64,000 bases of DNA, taken from Candidatus Falkowbacteria bacterium GW2011_GWF2_43_32 (GTDB taxonomy: Bacteria; Patescibacteriota; Patescibacteriia; Patescibacteriales; UBA12465). The translations under genes were made by a program, and so were the position numbers. The first letter of the stretch is position 1, and every line of letters begins with the position of its first letter. Shown here one piece after another: positions 30,607 to 40,292 of this stretch. The notes under the pieces were generated by a model that was given only the letters and a program-made list of their open reading frames with translations, had not been told where the DNA came from and searched no databases. The DNA is taken from positions 3,139 to 67,138 of the forward strand of contig LCGL01000001.1 in NCBI GenBank assembly GCA_000999715.1, given 5' to 3'.

Positions 30607-31794
30607 TTATTTCAAAATTTTAGTGACCACGCCCGCGCCGACGGTCCGTCCGCCTTCACGAATGGTAAACTTCTGCTTGTCTTCCAAGGCAATCGGTGAA
30701 ATCAACTTGACGTTTAAGTTGGTGGTATCGCCCGGCATAACCATTTCCGTTCCGGTCGGCAAAGTAATGTCGCCGGTAACATCGGTGGTTTTGAAATAAA
30801 ATTGCGGTTTATAGCCGTTGAAAAACGGTTTATGGCGACCACCTTCTTCTTTGGACAAGACATAAACTTCCGCCGTAAATTCGGTGTGCGGCGTGATTGA
30901 ACCCGGTTTGCATAAAACCTGACCGCGTTCCACTTCGTCTTTCTTGGTGCCGCGCAACAGAATGCCGGCGTTATCTCCCGCCTGTCCTTGATCCAAAGAC
31001 TTGTTGAACATTTCAATGCCGGTAACGGTGGTCTTTTTGGTATCCATCAAACCGACGATTTCCACTTCATCGCCAACCTTGATGATACCTCTTTCAATAC
31101 GACCGGTAACTACGGTGCCGCGTCCTTCAATGGAGAAAATATCTTCAATCGGCATTAAATACGGATGATCGATATCGCGAGTCGGCTCCGGAATATAAGT
31201 ATCCAAAGCTTCCATCAATTTCATAATCGGTTCCGCATCCGCGCCGGTCGAATTTTCCAAAGCCTTCAAGGCGCTACCGCGAATAATCGGGGTAGTGTCG
31301 CCCGGGAATTCGTATTTTTTCAATAAATCGCGAATTTCTTCTTCCACCAAATCAATCAATTCTTTATCTTCAACCATGTCGCATTTGTTCAAAAAAACGA
31401 TGATATAAGGCACGCCAACCTGTCTGGCCAACAAAATATGTTCTCTGGTTTGAGGCATCGCGCCATCGGTCGCGGCCACCACTAAAATCGCTCCGTCCAT
31501 TTGAGCGGCGCCGGTAATCATGTTCTTCACATAATCGGCGTGACCCGGACAATCGACGTGCGCGTAGTGTCTCTTTTCCGACTCATATTCCACGTGAGCG
31601 GTGGCGATAGTAATACCGCGAGCCTTTTCTTCCGGAGCGGCATCGATTTCATTGACGCCTTTTTTGGAAGCTTTCATGCCCTTGGCATTGAAAACGGACA
31701 ACATCGCGGCGGTCAGCGTGGTTTTCCCATGGTCAACGTGGCCAATAGTACCGACGTTAACATGGGGCTTAGTGCGTTCAAATTTGTCTGCCAT
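30607..31794 (-). CDS. tuf: Elongation factor Tu
   Basis: [28 protein letters not shown]. Confidence 0.99.
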   Translation of the reverse strand: MADKFERTKPHVNVGTIGHVDHGKTTLTAAMLSVFNAKGMKASKKGVNEIDAAPEEKARGITIATAHVEYESEKRHYAHVDCPGHADYVKNMITGAAQMDGAILVVAATDGAMPQTREHILLARQVGVPYIIVFLNKCDMVEDKELIDLVEEEIRDLLKKYEFPGDTTPIIRGSALKALENSTGADAEPIMKLMEALDTYIPEPTRDIDHPYLMPIEDIFSIEGRGTVVTGRIERGIIKVGDEVEIVGLMDTKKTTVTGIEMFNKSLDQGQAGDNAGILLRGTKKDEVERGQVLCKPGSITPHTEFTAEVYVLSKEEGGRHKPFFNGYKPQFYFKTTDVTGDITLPTGTEMVMPGDTTNLNVKLISPIALEDKQKFTIREGGRTVGAGVVTKILK

Positions 31795-31898
31795 GTTTTT
31801 GTTGTACGGCCCCCGTTTGCCACGGGGTTTTTTCCCTAATGGATTAGATCCATCGCCGGAAACCAGCCGAACTAAATTAAATTATTATTAATAAATTA

Positions 31899-32258
31899 TT
31901 ATTCTTGAATTTCTCGCGCCTTGTCTTTCACTTGCGGCGGAATTTGCCAAGCCTGTTTAGGCTTGTTTTCCTCGGTCGCGGAAGACAAATCATCCCGATT
32001 TTTCCACATCGAGATTTCGCGATTAATTTTATCAGTTAAATCTTCTTCTGTCAAATTTTCCGTCTGATCGGATTTTACCTCGGATTTGGCGGAAACTGGG
32101 GAAAAATTACCTGAATTTCCTGTTGCCGCCAGTTCGCTATAATTGTCAAAATTCATGATAACATAAGAATCGTCGGGGGCATTGCCGTCAAACACGATTA
32201 CCCGATCGCCGGTTTTTTTCACTAAATTTAAAATTTTTTTTAACTGCTCTGGGAACAT
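31899..32258 (-). CDS. Hypothetical protein between fusA and tuf
   Basis: 119-aa ORF; N-terminus LVKKTGDRVIV, C-terminal LTDKINREISMWK. Confidence 0.7.
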   Translation of the reverse strand: MFPEQLKKILNLVKKTGDRVIVFDGNAPDDSYVIMNFDNYSELAATGNSGNFSPVSAKSEVKSDQTENLTEEDLTDKINREISMWKNRDDLSSATEENKPKQAWQIPPQVKDKAREIQE

Positions 32259-32267
32259 ATAGTAAAT

Positions 32268-32385
32268 GTAAAATTAGAAATTGTGTTTTAAGGAGCGATT
32301 GTTCTTTTCGTCCAGCAAAATTTAGCGATAGCTAAATTTTGCCACAGAAAAGAACTAGCGGGAAAAACATAATTTCTGATTTTAC
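32268..32385 (+). repeat. Structured intergenic element, copy C
   Basis: 22-bp outer stem overlapping the fusA stop; core identical to copy B; different inner stem GCAAAATTTAGC/GCTAAATTTTGC. Confidence 0.85.
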
Positions 32386-34460
32386 TTCCCTTTCTTTTCC
32401 TTAATCGCTTCTAAAATATTTCTTGGCACTTCGGCGTAATGAGAAAATTCCATGACATAACTGGCGCGCCCTTGACTCATGGAACGCAAAGACGTGGCGT
32501 AACCGAACATTTCCGCCAAAGGTACTTTCGCCTTAACCACTTTCACGTTGGCACGATCGGTCATTTCTTCAATCTGGCCGCGCTTGCTGTTCAAATCGCC
32601 GATAATATTGCCCATATAATCCTCCGGAGTAACCACTTCCACTTTCATAATCGGTTCCAACAAAACGGCCCCGGCTTTCTGACAAGCGTCTCGGAAAGCA
32701 AAAATAGCCGCCATTTTAAAAGCAATTTCCGAAGAATCAACTTCATGATAAGAACCGTAGAATACGGCCGCTTTAATATCCACCATCGGATAACCGGCCA
32801 CACCGCCGGACAGCAACGCTTCCTTGACGCCCTTTTCAATCGCCGGAATATATTCGCGCGGAATAACGCCGCCTTTCACTTCGTCCGCAAATTCAAAACC
32901 CGAACCGGCGGGCAAAGGCTCAATCCGTAAAGAGCAATGACCGTACTGACCGCGTCCGCCCGATTGCTTAACGTATTTATTCTCCGCTTCCGCTGTTTTG
33001 GTAATGGTTTCCCGATAAGAAACTTGGGGGTTGCCGACATTGGCTTCCACGCCGAATTCCCTTTTCATGCGATCAACAATAATTTCCAAATGTAATTCTC
33101 CCATGCCGGAAATCAACACCTGATTGGTTTCTTCATCGCTCTCCACGCGGAAAGTCGGATCTTCTTCGGCCAAGCGCTGTAAAGCGACGCCCATTTTTTC
33201 TTGATCGGCTTTAGTCTTCGGTTCCACGGCAATCTTAATGACCGGCTCCGGAAAAGTGATGGATTCCAATAGCAAAGGCACGGCTTCATCGCACAGCGTA
33301 TTGCCGGTTGTCGTATTCTTCAAACCGATAACCGCGGCAATGTCGCCGGCATATATTTCTTTGATTTCTTCGCGATGGTTGGCGTGCATGCGCACCAGAC
33401 GACCGATTCTCTCTTTAGTTCCTTTGGAAGAATTGGTGATATAAGATCCGGCCGATAAAACGCCCTGATAAACTCGCACAAAACACAATTTACCGACAAA
33501 AGGATCGGTGGCGATTTTAAACGCCAAGCCGATAAACGGTTTATCGTCGTCGGCTCTGATCGGGACTTTCTTTTCCGGATCGCGCACATCGCTGGCTTCG
33601 ACTTCCGGTACGTCCAACGGAGACGGCAAATACTCGGTCACGGCATCCAAAACCAATTGCACGCCGATATTTTGCAAAGCCGTTCCGCACAAAACCGGAT
33701 AAATAATATTGGCAATAACGCCTTTTCTGATAGCCGCTTTCAGCTCATCCAAAGATATTTCCTGACCGGCTAAATATTTTTCCATGGTCGCTTCATCGCA
33801 TTCCACGGCTTTTTCCACCAATTCATTGTAATATTGATCCACTTTTTCCTTCATGTCTTCCGGCACGGGAATTTCTTCAACATTGACGCCGTTCACGCCG
33901 GAAAATTTATAAGCCTTTTTGGTCAACAAATCAATGATGCCGCTGAGATTGTTTTCCGCACCGATAGGCAATTGTACGGCCACGGCTTTTTGATTCAAGC
34001 GCGTCCGAATTGACTGTAAACTCATATAAAAATCCGCGCCCATTTTATCCATTTTATTAATGAAACAAAGACGCGGAACCTGATATTTATCCGCTTGCCG
34101 CCAAACCGTTTCCGATTGCGGCTCCACCCCGGCCTGACCGTCAAAAACCGCCACCGCGCCGTCTAAAACGCGTAAGGAACGTTCCACTTCCACCGTAAAA
34201 TCCACGTGTCCGGGAGTGTCGATAATATTAATTTTCTTATTTTTCCAAAAACAAGTTGTGGCCGCCGAGGTAATCGTGATGCCTCTTTCTTTCTCCTGCT
34301 CCATCCAGTCCATTTCCGCCGCGCCCTCGTGCACTTCGCCGATCTTGTGTTTTTTACCGGTATAAAAAAGAACGCGCTCGGTAAAAGTCGTTTTGCCGGC
34401 GTCGATGTGGGCCATAATGCCGATGTTTCTAATGTTTTCTAAAGCGTAGTCTCGGGCCAT
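32382..34460 (-). CDS. fusA: Elongation factor G
   Basis: [24 protein letters not shown]. Confidence 0.99.
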   Translation of the reverse strand: MARDYALENIRNIGIMAHIDAGKTTFTERVLFYTGKKHKIGEVHEGAAEMDWMEQEKERGITITSAATTCFWKNKKINIIDTPGHVDFTVEVERSLRVLDGAVAVFDGQAGVEPQSETVWRQADKYQVPRLCFINKMDKMGADFYMSLQSIRTRLNQKAVAVQLPIGAENNLSGIIDLLTKKAYKFSGVNGVNVEEIPVPEDMKEKVDQYYNELVEKAVECDEATMEKYLAGQEISLDELKAAIRKGVIANIIYPVLCGTALQNIGVQLVLDAVTEYLPSPLDVPEVEASDVRDPEKKVPIRADDDKPFIGLAFKIATDPFVGKLCFVRVYQGVLSAGSYITNSSKGTKERIGRLVRMHANHREEIKEIYAGDIAAVIGLKNTTTGNTLCDEAVPLLLESITFPEPVIKIAVEPKTKADQEKMGVALQRLAEEDPTFRVESDEETNQVLISGMGELHLEIIVDRMKREFGVEANVGNPQVSYRETITKTAEAENKYVKQSGGRGQYGHCSLRIEPLPAGSGFEFADEVKGGVIPREYIPAIEKGVKEALLSGGVAGYPMVDIKAAVFYGSYHEVDSSEIAFKMAAIFAFRDACQKAGAVLLEPIMKVEVVTPEDYMGNIIGDLNSKRGQIEEMTDRANVKVVKAKVPLAEMFGYATSLRSMSQGRASYVMEFSHYAEVPRNILEAIKEKKGK

Positions 34461-34540
34461 AATTATAAAATTATTTATTGAAATTGAAATTGAAAATTGA
34501 TTATTTTTGAGTAGAATTTAGAAAGAAATCACAAGTTAAA

Positions 34541-34656
34541 GAAGTTAAATTTTGAGACGGATTTAAGGAAAAGACGAGGAGCGAACCGAGCCGTATTAAC
34601 ATACGGCGAGGGAGAACCGGAGTCTTTGACGAAAAAGCCGACCAAAATTTAGCTTC
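34541..34656 (+). repeat. Structured intergenic element, copy D (related architecture)
   Basis: GAAGTTAAATTTTG/CAAAATTTAGCTTC outer stem, AAGAC/GTCTT stem, GAGGAGCGA, GCCGTAT/ATACGGC apical stem. Confidence 0.6.
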
Positions 34657-34659
34657 GCC

Positions 34660-35127
34660 TTATCTGGAAAAATGAGCGAAAGCTTTGTTGGATTCCGCCA
34701 TCTTATGAACAGCTTCTCTTTTTCTGAAAGCCGCGCCGTCGCCGTTGGAAGCGTCCAAAATCTCATAAGCCAATTTTTCCGCCATGGAATGACCTTTCCG
34801 GTCTTCCGCCGCCACAATCATCCAATTACAAGCCAAAAAATAGCGTCTTTCGCCTCGAACTTGAAACGGCACCTGGTAATTGGCGCCACCGACGCGCTTG
34901 CCGCGCACTTCCACCAAAGGCGAAACTTTTTTAATCGCTTTATTGAAAATATGGCGCGGATCCTGTTTGGTTTTGTCCTTTAAAATATCAAAAGCGCCAT
35001 AGACGATTTTCTCGGCGGCACTTTTCTTGCCGCGCTCCATGACGTAATTAATAAATTTGGCGATGCTGACATCGTTATATTTGGCGTCGCCCTCAACGGC
35101 TCTTTTTGGTGCTGGTTTACCTCTCAT
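34660..35127 (-). CDS. rpsG: 30S ribosomal protein S7
   Basis: RVGGANYQVP, HKMAESNKAFAH. Confidence 0.97.
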   Translation of the reverse strand: MRGKPAPKRAVEGDAKYNDVSIAKFINYVMERGKKSAAEKIVYGAFDILKDKTKQDPRHIFNKAIKKVSPLVEVRGKRVGGANYQVPFQVRGERRYFLACNWMIVAAEDRKGHSMAEKLAYEILDASNGDGAAFRKREAVHKMAESNKAFAHFSR

Positions 35128-35148
35128 ATGAATTGAATAAATTAAAAA

Positions 35149-35568
35149 TTATGCTTTCGGCTTTTTGGCACCATAGCAACTGCGCCCTTGACGTCTGGCT
35201 TCCACGCCGGAAGCGTCAAAAACGCCGCGCACCACTTTATAGCGTACACCCGGCAAATCTTTCGTTTTTCCGCCCTTGACCAGAACGATGGAGTGCTCCT
35301 GCAAATTATGGCCCATGCCCGGAATATAGGCGGTCACTTCCATGCCGTTAGACAAGCGCACGCGAGCGATTTTCCGCAAAGCCGAGTTCGGTTTCTTGGG
35401 AGTGGTCGTGGTCACTTTTAAACAGACTCCCTGTTTGAACGGGGCGCCTTTGGCCGTATCTTTCTTTTTACGATGCAAAGAATCAAGACTGACGTGAAGC
35501 GCCAAAGCGTTCCGTCTTTGGGATATTTTTTTGCGACCGTGACGAATTAACTGATTGGTAGTTGGCAT
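35149..35568 (-). CDS. rpsL: 30S ribosomal protein S12
   Basis: [25 protein letters not shown]. Confidence 0.98.
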   Translation of the reverse strand: MPTTNQLIRHGRKKISQRRNALALHVSLDSLHRKKKDTAKGAPFKQGVCLKVTTTTPKKPNSALRKIARVRLSNGMEVTAYIPGMGHNLQEHSIVLVKGGKTKDLPGVRYKVVRGVFDASGVEARRQGRSCYGAKKPKA

Positions 35569-35643
35569 AAGTTAAATTTATGATAAGCAAAAATAATCCT
35601 GAGTACTCAGGATAAATATTATACTAGGCTTTTATACTAATTT

Positions 35644-35672
35644 AATTTAACAAAATCTACGGAGGAAGTCAA
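35644..35672 (-). promoter_or_regulatory. Putative str operon promoter
   Basis: TTGACT-17 bp-TAAATT with TG extension on the minus strand. Confidence 0.55.
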
Positions 35673-35716
35673 GGGTCGCGAAAGCATTATTTTGAATCAA
35701 AATTTTCCGATAAAAT

Positions 35717-36316
35717 CTAACTCCCCACAATCATCCTGAATAAAAAATTGACAATCGGGATAATCATTCCTCCCGCTAACATTACGAATAAAATTATCAA
35801 AATAAAGCCGGCGCGTTCACTGCCCAAATAACGGGCGCGGACGCTCGGCGACAAAAACACCGCCAGAATTTTGGAACCGTCCAGGGGAGGAATCGGCACC
35901 AAGTTGAAAACCATCAAAACCAGGTTAATATACACTACCACTCCCAAGAGTCCGATGAAGGTGATGTTAAAAACCGGCAGAACCCGAATCAGCAAACCGA
36001 AAGACAAAGCGATAATAAAATTAGCCAAAGGTCCGGCTAAAGCCACTTTCGCTTCGCCGTATTTCCGATCTTTCAGATTATAAGGATTATACGGCACCGG
36101 TTTGGCCCAACCGAAAACAAAAGGCATTTTAGTGATAATCATCACCAAGGGCAAGAAAAAAGACCCGAACCATTCCAGATGCGCCAAGGGGTTTAAAGTC
36201 AAACGTCCGGCATTTTTCGCGGTGGAATCGCCAAGACGATAAGCCATCCAGCCATGCATATATTCATGAGCAATGGCCGAAAAAATAAAAACGATAATTT
36301 GGAAGATTTCAATCAT
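35717..36316 (-). CDS. Site-2 protease family (peptidase M50)
   Basis: HEYMH, AGPLAN, FNLVPIPPLDG. Confidence 0.93.
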   Translation of the reverse strand: MIEIFQIIVFIFSAIAHEYMHGWMAYRLGDSTAKNAGRLTLNPLAHLEWFGSFFLPLVMIITKMPFVFGWAKPVPYNPYNLKDRKYGEAKVALAGPLANFIIALSFGLLIRVLPVFNITFIGLLGVVVYINLVLMVFNLVPIPPLDGSKILAVFLSPSVRARYLGSERAGFILIILFVMLAGGMIIPIVNFLFRMIVGS

Positions 36317-36446
36317 ATTGACTCTATTCTATCACATCTTGATTATTTTTTAAAACATTGCTAGCATATAAGCATTATTGACTAATTTTCCGGTTTGTTT
36401 CCGATAAAGACTTGTCTTGAACGGATTGGACCGAATAATAATTTTT

Positions 36447-36653
36447 ATGGCCAAGAAATGTGATCTGTGCGGACGCAGCGCCACCAAAGGCGCCAGCCGA
36501 TCTCACTCCAAGATTAAAACTCTTAAAAGACAAAACATCAATTTGCAAAGCAAAGTAATCGACGGCCTTAAAGCAAAGGTTTGTTCGTCCTGCCTGCGAA
36601 CGATGGTCAAGCCGAAACGCGTCAAAGCGAAAAGAAAACCGGCGAAAAAATAA
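36447..36653 (+). CDS. rpmB: 50S ribosomal protein L28
   Basis: MAKKCDLCGR...SRSHS..KT.KR...NLQ...VCSSCLR. Confidence 0.9.
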   Translation: MAKKCDLCGRSATKGASRSHSKIKTLKRQNINLQSKVIDGLKAKVCSSCLRTMVKPKRVKAKRKPAKK

Positions 36654-36680
36654 GGAAACAATAATTATCACGGATATTTT

Positions 36681-36720
36681 TAAAAATCGCTCGCTTCCGT
36701 AGGGGGGGGGCGATTTTTTA
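36681..36720. terminator. Bidirectional terminator between convergent rpmB and comEC
   Basis: TAAAAATCGC...GCGATTTTTTA GC-rich stem. Confidence 0.6.
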
Positions 36721-38112
36721 TTGTCCGCGGTTGGCCGAACGACGTCCGACAATAATCCGCCGAGTGATAATCAAAAGGAACAAAAGCAAATAATATCCGC
36801 CGCCCCAACGCCAATCGAAGCCGGTCGTCTCGACGGCCGCCCAATTCGGTTCGGCCAATAATCCGGAAACGACAAAAATAAAGCGGAGCAAAAAATGCGC
36901 CGGCCAAAACCATAGAACTCCCAACGCCGGAATAAGCGCGGCTAGCGGCCAAGCGATAATCAAGGCGGCCAACAACGGCGGGAAAGTCCACAAAACCAAA
37001 ACATTGGCCAAAGGAGCGATCAGGGATAATTGCCGAAAATTAATCAAAGCAATCGGCAAAATCACTATCTGCGCCACCAAGGTCAAATTAACGGTATCGG
37101 CAATCAGCTTCCAAACGTCGCGCGACCGTTTTTTTAATTTCAGCTTATTCAAAACGCGCCGAGTAAAGGTTTCTCCGACAGGATAAATATAAATGATGCC
37201 CAAGACCGCCAAAAAAGATAACTGGAACCCGAGGTCGTCGCGCAACAAGCGCGGATTGGCAACCAGCATCAGAGCGGCGGCAAAAATCAAAGCGTTAATC
37301 AAGGAAGCGACGCGACCGTGATAAACCGCCAAAAAGGCCAAACTGCCCATGATGGCCGAACGCACCGCCGAGGCGGACAAACCGGTAATCAAAGGATATA
37401 CAAACAAAAAACCGAAAACAATCAATAAAGAACGACGACGACTGAAACCGAGCGCCAAAAGAAAATTGATAATCATCGCGCTCAAAATGGTGATATGCGA
37501 ACCGGAAATGGCAATCATATGACTCAAACCGACGCGCGCAAAAACATCCAAGTCTTCCCTGTTCACCGTACGCCGATAACCGAGCAAAATAGCATTCGCC
37601 AAGCCGGCTTCCGGCTCGGACAAATTGATATTGATCAAGCGCGCCAAATATTGTTTGCAGTCAATCAGCATCCGATAAATCGTCTGCGGCCAGGTCAAAG
37701 TTCCGGCGGTCAGATTGATTTTCGGATAATACATCACGGAATAAATATCATAGCGCGCCAAATAACTTTCATAATCGAAGCCGTCAATCGCCGGCGGCGC
37801 CTGTAAACGGCCGCTAATTTTTATAAAATCGCCGTAATCATAAACCGGGTATAAGTTCGTCGTTACCAACGCCCGACTGTTCAAGCGACCGCCGGCGCAA
37901 ACCGTCAAACGCCGGCTCTTATAATCCACATCCGCTTCTTCGCAAATTCGGGCGACAAACGACGTTTCTTCGCCGTTATAAAAAGACAAGTCTGCCGCCG
38001 TGGCCGGTCGGCGAAAAGCGTTCGACCGCGAACCGAGAAAAAATATGACGATAATAAAAATCAGGTTGCCCGACAGAAACAAGCGAGCGGCCGTCAATCT
38101 TATTTTATACAT
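36718..38112 (-). CDS. comEC: ComEC/Rec2 competence protein (no C-terminal beta-lactamase domain)
   Basis: GFDYESYL, GLSHMIAISGSH, SAVRSAIM, GFQLSF. Confidence 0.88.
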   Translation of the reverse strand: MYKIRLTAARLFLSGNLIFIIVIFFLGSRSNAFRRPATAADLSFYNGEETSFVARICEEADVDYKSRRLTVCAGGRLNSRALVTTNLYPVYDYGDFIKISGRLQAPPAIDGFDYESYLARYDIYSVMYYPKINLTAGTLTWPQTIYRMLIDCKQYLARLININLSEPEAGLANAILLGYRRTVNREDLDVFARVGLSHMIAISGSHITILSAMIINFLLALGFSRRRSLLIVFGFLFVYPLITGLSASAVRSAIMGSLAFLAVYHGRVASLINALIFAAALMLVANPRLLRDDLGFQLSFLAVLGIIYIYPVGETFTRRVLNKLKLKKRSRDVWKLIADTVNLTLVAQIVILPIALINFRQLSLIAPLANVLVLWTFPPLLAALIIAWPLAALIPALGVLWFWPAHFLLRFIFVVSGLLAEPNWAAVETTGFDWRWGGGYYLLLFLLIITRRIIVGRRSANRGQ

Positions 38113-38175
38113 AAAAATACCGTTAAGATTAATAACGGTATTCTATAACATCGGCGATAAAGAAAAGATAAAGTC

Positions 38176-39291
38176 TTATTTCAAGCCCGACCGGCGCTCT
38201 TCTTTCAACCACTTCAGATACGCTTCCATAAAAGCTTTCAGGTCGCCGTCCAAAACGGCGTCAATATTGGCGGTTTCATAATTTGTCCGATGATCCTTGA
38301 TATAGCGCTTGCCGTATAAACAATAAGAGCGAATCTGCGAGCTCCAGGCGGCTTGCTGTACTTCGCCCCGCAAACGCCGTTCCTCCGCTTCTTTTTCTTC
38401 CAGCGCCAATTGATACAATTTAGTTTTTAAAATTTTCAAAGCATTTTCCTTGTTCTGATGCTGCGAGCGTTCGGATTGGCAAGAAACGGTTAAACCGGTC
38501 GGCAAATGAACAATCCGAATGGCCGAGTCCGTAGTGTTGACGCTTTGTCCGCCCGGACCGCTGGAACGAAAAACGTCAATTCGCAAATCATCGTCTTTGA
38601 TAACCACCGTGCCGTCATCCTTGATTTCCGGAATCACTTCCACGGAGGCATAAGAAGTCTGCCGTAAACCGTCGGCGTTGAAAGGCGAATTGCGCAACAG
38701 ACGATGCGGACCGTTTTCGCTTTTCAAATATCCGTAAGCCCAGGGACCGGCGAGACGCAAAACCACGCTTTTGATTCCGGCCTCGTTACCGTAATTTCTA
38801 TCCAAAATCTCCGCTTGCCAGCCTTGCCGTTCGCTAAAACGCAAATACATCCGTTCCAGCATCTGCGCCCAATCCTGAGCGTCCACGCCGCCCGTACCGG
38901 CATGAATGGCCAAGAGAGCATTGTCATGATCGTACTTGTCGGAAAAAAGCGATAGAAATTCTAAATCGGCAAATTTTTTTTCCAACTCTTCGGCTTTCTC
39001 GGCCAATTCCGTCAACAAATCTCCGCCGTCTTCTTGGCGCGCCAAAGCCGTCAATTCCTCCGCTTCCCTGATTTCTTTTTCCATCGCTCCCCATTCTTTG
39101 ACTTCCGCAAACAAAGCTTCCGCTTCCCGGCCGATCTGAGCGGCGGCGGCGCGGTCGTCCCAAAAATCGGGCTCCGACATTCTTAAACGCAACTCTTTCT
39201 CGCGCACCATTTTCCGATCAATATCCAAAAGCGCTTTCGTTCGTAAAAAGCGTTCCCGCAAATCCGCCAATTTTTTCAATAAGACTTCCAT
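38176..39291 (-). CDS. prfB: Peptide chain release factor 2 (no programmed frameshift)
   Basis: DAQDWAQML.RMY, SPF motif, GGQ; continuous frame. Confidence 0.95.
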   Translation of the reverse strand: MEVLLKKLADLRERFLRTKALLDIDRKMVREKELRLRMSEPDFWDDRAAAAQIGREAEALFAEVKEWGAMEKEIREAEELTALARQEDGGDLLTELAEKAEELEKKFADLEFLSLFSDKYDHDNALLAIHAGTGGVDAQDWAQMLERMYLRFSERQGWQAEILDRNYGNEAGIKSVVLRLAGPWAYGYLKSENGPHRLLRNSPFNADGLRQTSYASVEVIPEIKDDGTVVIKDDDLRIDVFRSSGPGGQSVNTTDSAIRIVHLPTGLTVSCQSERSQHQNKENALKILKTKLYQLALEEKEAEERRLRGEVQQAAWSSQIRSYCLYGKRYIKDHRTNYETANIDAVLDGDLKAFMEAYLKWLKEERRSGLK

Positions 39292-39316
39292 AATTGATTG
39301 TTACCATCATTATAAT

Positions 39317-39349
39317 CAAAAACAGCGACTTTATCAAATCGCTGTTTTG
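39317..39349. terminator. Intrinsic terminator after rpsI
   Basis: AAAACAGCGA...TCGCTGTTTT. Confidence 0.6.
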
Positions 39350-39382
39350 TCAAAAATATAAAAATATTTGCTAAAAAATACC

Positions 39383-39883
39383 TTAACGCTTGCTCCATTG
39401 CGGGGCTTTGCGCGCTTTTTTCAAGCCGGCCTTCTTTCTTTCCACCTGGCGTGAATCGCGAACCAAAAAGTCGTTGGCTTTCAGTGCTTCTTTGGCGGCC
39501 GGATCATAAGCTAAAATGGCCCGGCTGATACCCAAACGAACGGCGCCAACCTGTCCTTGTTTACCGCCGCCTTGAGCGAGAACGGAAAAATTAAAATCAC
39601 GACCGTGACCGGTAACTTTCAAAGGTTGAGCGATCAAGTTTACTCCTTCGCCCGGAAAATATTCGCCGGCCTTCATGCCGTTTACCATGATAATACCTTT
39701 GCCGTTTTCATACAAACGAACTTTGGCCACCGCTCGCTTGCGGCGTCCGACCGCTTTGATATATTTACCGGAAAAATCGGCCCCGGCGCCCGCTTCTTCT
39801 TTTTCTTCCATTTCCGGCGCTTCGGAAATCAAAACCTTTTTGGTCGTTTTATCTTTAACGGCTTTAACTTTTTTTACTGCCAT
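39383..39883 (-). CDS. rpsI: 30S ribosomal protein S9
   Basis: GRRKRAVAKV, GGGKQGQ, KARKAPQWSKR. Confidence 0.96.
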   Translation of the reverse strand: MAVKKVKAVKDKTTKKVLISEAPEMEEKEEAGAGADFSGKYIKAVGRRKRAVAKVRLYENGKGIIMVNGMKAGEYFPGEGVNLIAQPLKVTGHGRDFNFSVLAQGGGKQGQVGAVRLGISRAILAYDPAAKEALKANDFLVRDSRQVERKKAGLKKARKAPQWSKR

Positions 39884-39884
39884 A

Positions 39885-40241
39885 TTATTTGATAATTAAT
39901 CTTTTGATCATCGCCGTCCGCAATTTTATCGGCGGCAACATTTCCGTCACGGCGCGACGCAAAACCTCGTCCGGATTCTTCGCGTAAACTTCAGACATTT
40001 TTTTGCTCTTCAAACCGCCGCGATAACCGGAATAATGATGATATTGTTTCTGACTTAATTTCTGGCCGGTAAATTTCATTTTGGAAATATTGGCGACTTC
40101 CACGATATCCCCCAAATCCAAATGCGGCTCAAACTCGGGCTTGTTTTTTCCCCGCAATAAAACAGCGATTCTGGTGGCTAAACGGCCGACCGCTTGGCCG
40201 GTCGCGTCTATCTGATGTAATTTTCTGACGATATTTTTCAT
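39885..40241 (-). CDS. rplM: 50S ribosomal protein L13 (short form)
   Basis: IDATGQAVGRLAT, LRGKNKP, HHYSGYRGGLK. Confidence 0.93.
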   Translation of the reverse strand: MKNIVRKLHQIDATGQAVGRLATRIAVLLRGKNKPEFEPHLDLGDIVEVANISKMKFTGQKLSQKQYHHYSGYRGGLKSKKMSEVYAKNPDEVLRRAVTEMLPPIKLRTAMIKRLIIK

Positions 40242-40292
40242 ATATATTATTCCGCTATGTTATTCCGCTCGACGCCGTTCGGCGACAGCAAA

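Noticed and set aside
16870..34656. Hairpin elements as a CRISPR array or integron attC sites
   Set aside because: Copies are dispersed with no repeat-spacer periodicity, no cas or integrase gene, no RYYYAAC/GTTRRRY ends, and they flank core genes.
36375..36991. Minus-strand ORFs 36375-36752 and 36680-36991
   Set aside because: They overlap rpmB antisense and comEC in another frame.
40248..40270. Direct repeat TTATTCCGCT twice upstream of rplM
   Set aside because: Too short to distinguish from chance.
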